Source of the DNA: Tubiluchus corallicola
Taxonomy: Eukaryota > Animalia > Priapulida
Reading direction: 5' to 3'
Length of the DNA stretch: 26,697 bases
Assembly: GCA_030141605.1 (NCBI GenBank)
Contig: JAQGDQ010001753.1
Location: forward strand, 1 to 26,697
Position numbers and translations under genes: made by a program. The stretch's first letter is position 1, and the number at the start of each line of letters is the position of its first letter. The notes below the pieces were generated by a model that did no database searches, was not told the DNA's origin, and worked only from the letters and a program-made list of their open reading frames with translations. Below, one piece after another: positions 19,966 to 26,697 of the stretch.

Positions 19966-20908
19966 ATTTGTTAGAACATTGGTAATTTTCACTCCGGAAA
20001 AGGTGGCAAATTTCTGCTTTTACCGGTTAATATCAGACAAAACGATGCAGGTTACATAAATGTTTTAAAGTACAATGAATTTTCTTTATAAAAACTATGA
20101 ATTGCTATGGCATTTCTAAGAACTTAGGAACCAAATCAGGATTGCAACTTGAGCTTCTGATAAATGCTGAAACTTAGGAAATTTGGAGTAGAGACTTCAC
20201 ATATTTTACTTGTGTTTTTATACATAACGGTAAAAAATCTTTTTGGATGCATCGTTTTCGTAAATTTGCTTTTATTCTTTGTTTGCTTTTCATTTTTTTT
20301 CTGAAAATTCACGTGAAACAAACAAAGAGCTAACAAGTTGAACGAGAAAAAGAAGCAAGCATTAATTTCATTGAGAGATGGTTAACGGATATCAGAAATG
20401 TTATGTAGTCGCAGGGGATTGTTGAGAACCTACCATGCTGGAGAAGTGGGAAATCTGCAATGCTAAAGGAAGACGTATATACATCTAGACTAAAACTGTT
20501 TATAGGCGGTAAAATATTACTACACAGTTGTCCAAAAGAAGTTTGGCTTTTTTCACAGAAAAGGTTTTATTCATTTGACGTGTCGACTGATCACATTTTT
20601 GTGTTATTGTTGTAAAAAATGATTTACAAACTGGCATTGTTTCTTGGCATAACTGGTAAAGCTAAGAAACCATATACATGACAAATGTTGTGAACAAATT
20701 TCAGATACTGTCTCATTATAAGTTGCCTGAAAAACAATTTATGAGCTTGGTAAAGTATGAGTAGTCTTTCTAGTCACGCCTAATTAGCCAGCTTGTTGCA
20801 CTGTCTTGTGTGTCAAAACATTAAGAAAATGGTATTACCTCATTTTAATGTACTTTGTTGATTGTTTTGGTGTTGTCTTAACGTTAATGAATTAAATTCA
20901 GAACTTTC

Positions 20909-20914
20909 AATAAA
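20909..20914 (+). terminator. Candidate polyadenylation signal (distal)
   Basis: AATAAA followed by a GT/T-rich downstream element (TTTTGTTCTATTGGTTGTT). Confidence 0.35.
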
Positions 20915-21402
20915 GGTAAAATATTTTGTTCTATTGGTTGTTAATGTAGTAACGCATTATATTTTATTGTTTTTTGCTGTTGTTAATCAGCAAATGTAGA
21001 AACATACAAATGATAATTTTGCTGTTTGTGTATTATTTTTGCCTTTAAAAATGGTTACTAACAGTTTAAAGAAAAGGTGAGTTTTGCAAATTCTCATACA
21101 CCTTTCTAAAATTCATATTTGACAACTGGTGGCAGTGATTGGTTTTGTAATTTAAAATACTAAGTAGTGTTCCTAGTTTGCCAGGTTCCCGAGAATGTTT
21201 AAGAACGTTCATGGCTTTTTGAACTCATTATTTCCATTTTGAGTGTGTGATTGTGCATAAACTTCTTCCTTCCTTACTATATTGCCGCAATAGATCCTTG
21301 GATATAAATGCCTGACTGTTATTTCTATACATTGTTTCAATTTTGTTCGTTTTTAAATGGATGTAAGAACGAAATTCACTATGTACTCATTACTGCCCAA
21401 AT

Positions 21403-21772
21403 ATGTGGCGTAGCTAATAGGGGAGCAAAGGGAGCAATGCTCCCTGGGCACATTTTCCAAAATTGGCGCCTTTATAACAGTTTTTTTCGCAGTGCTTCAT
21501 TTTGTTTTCATTTTGCGTTTAATATTATGATGATTAAATAATGCACTTATTTTTATTATGTTTTGAGATTTATGAGCTTATTGTAAAACTTTTTATTGTG
21601 TTTTAATTTTAAATACAAAATAACAAATATGGACTGCCTTTAAACTGTATCTGCATCATGTTTTGATTTTAAATGAAGTTATAAGGAATGTGTTAAAAAT
21701 GGTTTGTTATGTGTCACTGCACATTTTTTATATGCTTGCTCCCTCTAACTTTAGATCCTGGCTACGCCCCTG
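21403..21772. mobile_element. hAT-type MITE, 370 bp
   Basis: TIRs ATGTGGCGTAGCTA ... TGGCTACGCCCCTG; 8-bp TSD GCCCAAAT (21395-21402) / ACCCAAAT (21773-21780); subterminal GGGAGCAA/TTGCTCCC inverted motifs. Confidence 0.85.
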
Positions 21773-23914
21773 ACCCAAATCCCCTTATTTTTTGCTTTTC
21801 AGTACATTTTAATGAGAGTCAACTTTTGGCATTAAGCACAATCATTCTTCACATATATCCTTCGGATGTATTATGTGTATCGAGGAATTTGGCATCAGCA
21901 AGAAATGCTTATTGTTCGCTTCTATTTCTTTACTCCGGTCATTTTGTTTGAGAAATCAAGCCTGTGAAGTTTCTAGAATTTTCTATTCATTACTGCATTT
22001 CATATTTTCAGTCTACATTTTGTTATTGTTTCACATGCACATTGTAAGTTGTTAGTTTTTTATGGGTTAAATGTAACACTAACTGCATTTATCTGCCTGC
22101 CAAGTTGCGATCTGTGGAAAGTCTAAATCCTCACAAAGTAGCTGGATGGTTAACAAATTCCTCAATGGGGTCCGGGACAAATCCTTAACCATTATTGCAT
22201 TTTATAGCATTTTGATGTGTTTTGATGGCACTCCGTAAATTTTCAAAACAATTTTTACGACGCTGTTTCCATTTGAAGCACTGACCTTGCCTTAACGTTG
22301 AAATTTATTGGGATTTTTATCAATGTGGAGTTTTTGCCAGTAAAGTTGACATTCAAAAGGTGGAAGTTTATAAGCATATGTTTTTGTTTTATGAATTGCA
22401 GTGATTTCTTGTCCCGATTTTATTCCCACTTTTATTGTAGCTTAGTTTTAATACTGACCAGTTTAGTTTAAATTTACCATTTTCAGTATTGAATGGAAGT
22501 TAGATGAGCACATGAACCATGCAAAGAAAGCAATATTGTACTTGCTTGTGGCATTGAGTAGCTGTTGGTAGGTATAACAAATATGTTTTCTAAAACTTTG
22601 AAGTTTTTACTGCTAAACTAGGCAAAATCCATAGTGCTAAATACTTGTTTTGTAAATTCATAGGTGAAAATGCTTCATTGCTACATGATAGACTTTTCGC
22701 AAGTCTCGCAGTTATACCTTTCACCTATTTTTCATAGTATTCAGGTATATAAATTTGCTTACTTGAGAGCAACACAATTATTAACCTGATTAAACCTCAG
22801 AAAGCAGGAACTCGTTCAGCAATTTTGGTGGATTATATTCAAATATTATATTGTGCTAATAATAATAATTATGTTTTCTGAAAAAGAGAGAAAGACGAAC
22901 AAAAAGTCTTGATAAAATTGCAGTTACTAATAAGAACTGCCTAATGTTCAGAGGATACAAAAGTTTGCATACATTTTCTACACCATAGTTCGCTAAACCT
23001 GCAGTAGGAGTATGTGAGCATGTTTGTGCTTGTTGATTTCACTTATTTTGTGTAGAGATAATTTTGCATACTAGAAAATTACAATATGAAATTTATAGAT
23101 TTTTTGATAAATCTGCAGTTTTTTGTATTTTCTTAAAAATTTCCCAGGCTGTCAGGTTTGACTGGTCTTGTAATTGGACAGGAATTATGCATAAGTGACA
23201 TACTGTTTCATAATTACCTTTGGTCTGTTATTTACCTAAAGTACTTTTTTATGCTACAAAGTAGAGAGCTTAGTTTTCTTTGGAGTCCTGTTGTCTAGTT
23301 TATTGAATCAGGAAGCAGCAAATATTTAACTCTTTCTTTACATATCTGTCTAGCCAACTTGTATTGCTGTAGGCCATTTGGAACATGATTTTATTGACTT
23401 TATGTTATGTATGTCAACTTGTTGCCTGCTGAAATTGTACATTTGCAGGGTTTAATGCACTCTGCTTACCTGTCAGCTTTTCTTATGGCTTTATGTTCAC
23501 CTTCAAGCAAATTTGCGTTCACTAAATTGCATAATCTTACTCCACTGACCAGTTCTGTCAGTAGCCATTAATGTAGAGTTGACCAATGATGATCTTTTAT
23601 TCCCAGCTGACTGGTCTGGTACTAGCTGTTAGTTATATTAACCCTAATGTTTTGCCACTGGCTCTTTACCCCTTTAAAACCTTTGCTTGTTGGTTACACA
23701 ACATGGTGATTTCCTATCCATGCATGGATTAGTTAATTCTCGATGAGACCACATAGGTACTTTGTCTCTGTCCTACTCATTATAACTAAAGTGTACAATA
23801 TATTAGGGTGTGATATTTGTGTTTAGTAAACAAGATGTTGTAACTGTTGCTGGCTGTATGCAGAAATTATAGTGCATTACAATGAATTATATCACAGGTT
23901 TGGATTAAGTATTC

Positions 23915-24600
<686 letters not shown>

Positions 24601-24856
24601 TGTACAAGAACTTGTTTATTTTTACTATACACTAGGCTTCTTGTACTCATGGTTACATGTAAGTAAATAATGTATTTGAAATCACTTCAGAGGTGTCATT
24701 GTGCTGGTTTTGTTATACAATATTATTTTATATCATATGGTAAACGTAATACTAATTTTGTGTTACTCAAATCAAAATTTGTTTTTTAGGCATCTTGTTT
24801 GTCTTCCTAGTCGAAATTATCTTAAGTGTAAGTAATGTATATAATTTTCTGTTTAC

Positions 24857-24879
24857 ATATATATATATATATATATATA
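24857..24879. repeat. (AT)n microsatellite
   Basis: About 11 AT units. Confidence 0.9.
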
Positions 24880-25040
24880 AGTTTCCATTTATATTTACGT
24901 TTCAACTAGCATTTACATGTACTCATCACTAACATTATTTTTGCCGCCAAGAAGCATGGCTGTGTAAATTTTATTATTATTTAGCCAATGTATCAAGTCG
25001 GGCAAACAATTGTTTTCCCTTTACAAGTAGTGCAGTGCTT

Positions 25041-25442
25041 TTAAACTATAGTTTAATTGCTCTTATTAAACTGTAGTTTGAATGCTCTTATTAAACTGTA
25101 GTTTGAATGCTCTTATTAAACTGTAGTTTAAATGCTCTTATTAAGATGTAGTTTAAATGCTTTTATTAAGCTGCAGTTTGAATGCTCTTATTAAGCTGTA
25201 GTTTAAATGCTCTTATTAAGCTGTAGTTTGAATGCTCTTATTAAGCTGCAGTTTGAATGCTCTTATTAAGCTGTAGTTTAAATGCTCTTATTAAACTATA
25301 GTTTAAATGCTTTTATTAAACTGTAGTTTAAATGCTCTTATTAAGATGTAGTTTAAATGCTTTTATTAAACTGTAGTTTAAAGGCTCTTATTAAGCTGTA
25401 GTTTGAATGCTTTTATTAAGCTGTAGTTTAAATGCTTTTATT
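25041..25442. repeat. 25-bp minisatellite, 16 copies, palindromic core
   Basis: Unit TTAARCTGTAGTTTRAATGCTYTTA with an exact 25-bp period from 25041 to 25440. Confidence 0.98.
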
Positions 25443-25700
25443 GATTCTTTGTTTGATTTATTTTCATTTATTCTGACATGTATTAAACAGAAGAGTAGAA
25501 AAAAGTAAAATAGCACATAAAAAACCATATGCACAATATTTGGTCTTCACTAGCGTGCCAAGGCCAGCAGCCAAGAACTTGATCCCCAAACAGTAAGCTG
25601 TCTGTTGGCCCTTACTAGAGAGTGAAGTGAACAGGATAATCAGTGAATAATCATTAAAACACGATAAAATGTACCAAAGTCAGATATAAAATGCAATTAA
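25441..25700 (-). mobile_element. Possible LINE 3'UTR remnant
   Basis: The reverse strand has a GC-richer block, then a T-rich tract and AATAAATGAAAATAAATCAAACAAAGAATCAA, like CR1-group 3' ends; no coding remnant recognised. Confidence 0.3.
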
Positions 25701-25953
25701 AAATCAATTTATTAAAAAAGGTAGAAACTGTAAGAAAGCCATTGAGAATGTCCAGTGATGGTCAACTGTGGCTGTATGTCTCCCATGATGGCCTTGTGCG
25801 TAACGAAACTGTTTTTCTTTAGAAGATAATTGAAAATGTTGCTTTTAAAATCCAGTGTCTTTTTTTAATAAAAAAAAAATCACATTTCTTTAAAGATTTT
25901 TTTACAGCAATTAGAAATGAAATTAGTTGATTTTTATTTTACTTTTGATGTAG

Positions 25954-26115
25954 GTAAATGGGCAGACAAGAAGAGACCTTGTTACAGGAGCACAAGGGCG
26001 TCGTGAAGGGCAAATCCTCCGCAGAGTGTGCCGCCCTGATACACGGACGTGTGAACAGTGGGTTGATATTGAGGAAGATTGTAGTAGGTCCTGTGAGAGA
26101 GGGCCAGGTTTACTT
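25954..26115 (+). other. Orphan exon-like segment (162 nt), identity unknown
   Basis: Polypyrimidine tract plus TAG acceptor, CTT|GTAAGT donor, GC-rich relative to flanks, open in phase 0-0 (VNGQTRRDLVTGAQGRREGQILRRVCRPDTRTCEQWVDIEEDCSRSCERGPGLL). Confidence 0.45.
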
Positions 26116-26697
26116 GTAAGTATAATTAAGGTGAAAAGCGAAACCTTTTGTTAAACTTGTCACCAACTACAAGTGTCATATAAAGCTAAATAAACAAAAC
26201 AATGTTTGCAGTTGTCATGATTCACAATAGTTATTTACTATTGAACAGTTCAAAAGGTTTTTTCATTACACAGTTTTACATGCATTTGATTGAATATTTC
26301 CTTTTGGATATTCAATTGCGGAATTGCTAACCACTTAAAGCTTTTCCTAGTTTACTAGCCGATTCAGTGAGGAAAAAGCAGCACAGTTAGAGTCCTATGC
26401 TTAAAAAGTGCAACATTATACAACGTTTTATACTGAAAACAGAATTTGTGTTCATATTTTCAAAGCAAAATAAAATCATTTACTCACCTTCCAACTTCCT
26501 ACCTTATCTTAAACAATCGAATTGGCCAAAACACTAAACACAGTTTGTTTAACCCAAGCATTGATGTTTTATCAAAGGAAAATGAAAGATGATGTTGTCA
26601 AATGAAAATAGAAGTACAAATTTTTTGGCAGTTTCTTTCTCAAAACTTCTCCGTGTGAGGAAATTGGTTACGGCAGGGGTTGACCCAATGATGCTTA

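Noticed and set aside
23581-23616. C/D box snoRNA-like GACCA-ATGATGA...CTGA-CTGGTC
   Set aside because: Only 14 nt between the boxes, stem register not canonical for a K-turn, no recognisable rRNA guide and no downstream D box.

Overview
AT-rich, intron-rich eukaryotic DNA, most likely from an invertebrate animal; nothing prokaryotic (no operons, CRISPR or rRNA). The main feature is a complete + strand RBM45 (RNA-binding motif protein 45) gene, assembled by hand from 13 GT-AG coding exons (5887-18578). Phases are consistent throughout, giving 496 aa (491 aa from the second ATG at 6809) with RRM1, RRM2, HOA/pseudo-RRM, a C-terminal RRM and a basic NLS-like tail. It has a candidate CRE/TATA/Inr promoter and a probable non-coding last exon. 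The rest is repeat-rich: a 71/72-bp satellite with a 5-mer higher-order repeat, 30-bp and 25-bp palindromic minisatellites, decayed RTE/CR1/L2 LINE fragments, hAT-type MITEs and a decayed Penelope-type hammerhead ribozyme. The most interesting leads, all hypotheses, concern RBM45 regulation: GAC/DRACH clusters (the RBM45 binding motif) in its own 3'UTR and in an intronic MITE, a (UG)22 tract beside a frameshifting cryptic exon (TDP-43-like control), and two candidate poison exons. Hammerhead-core motifs in the satellite and an unexplained exon-like island near the window end are also noted. Most ORF-track entries are artefacts.
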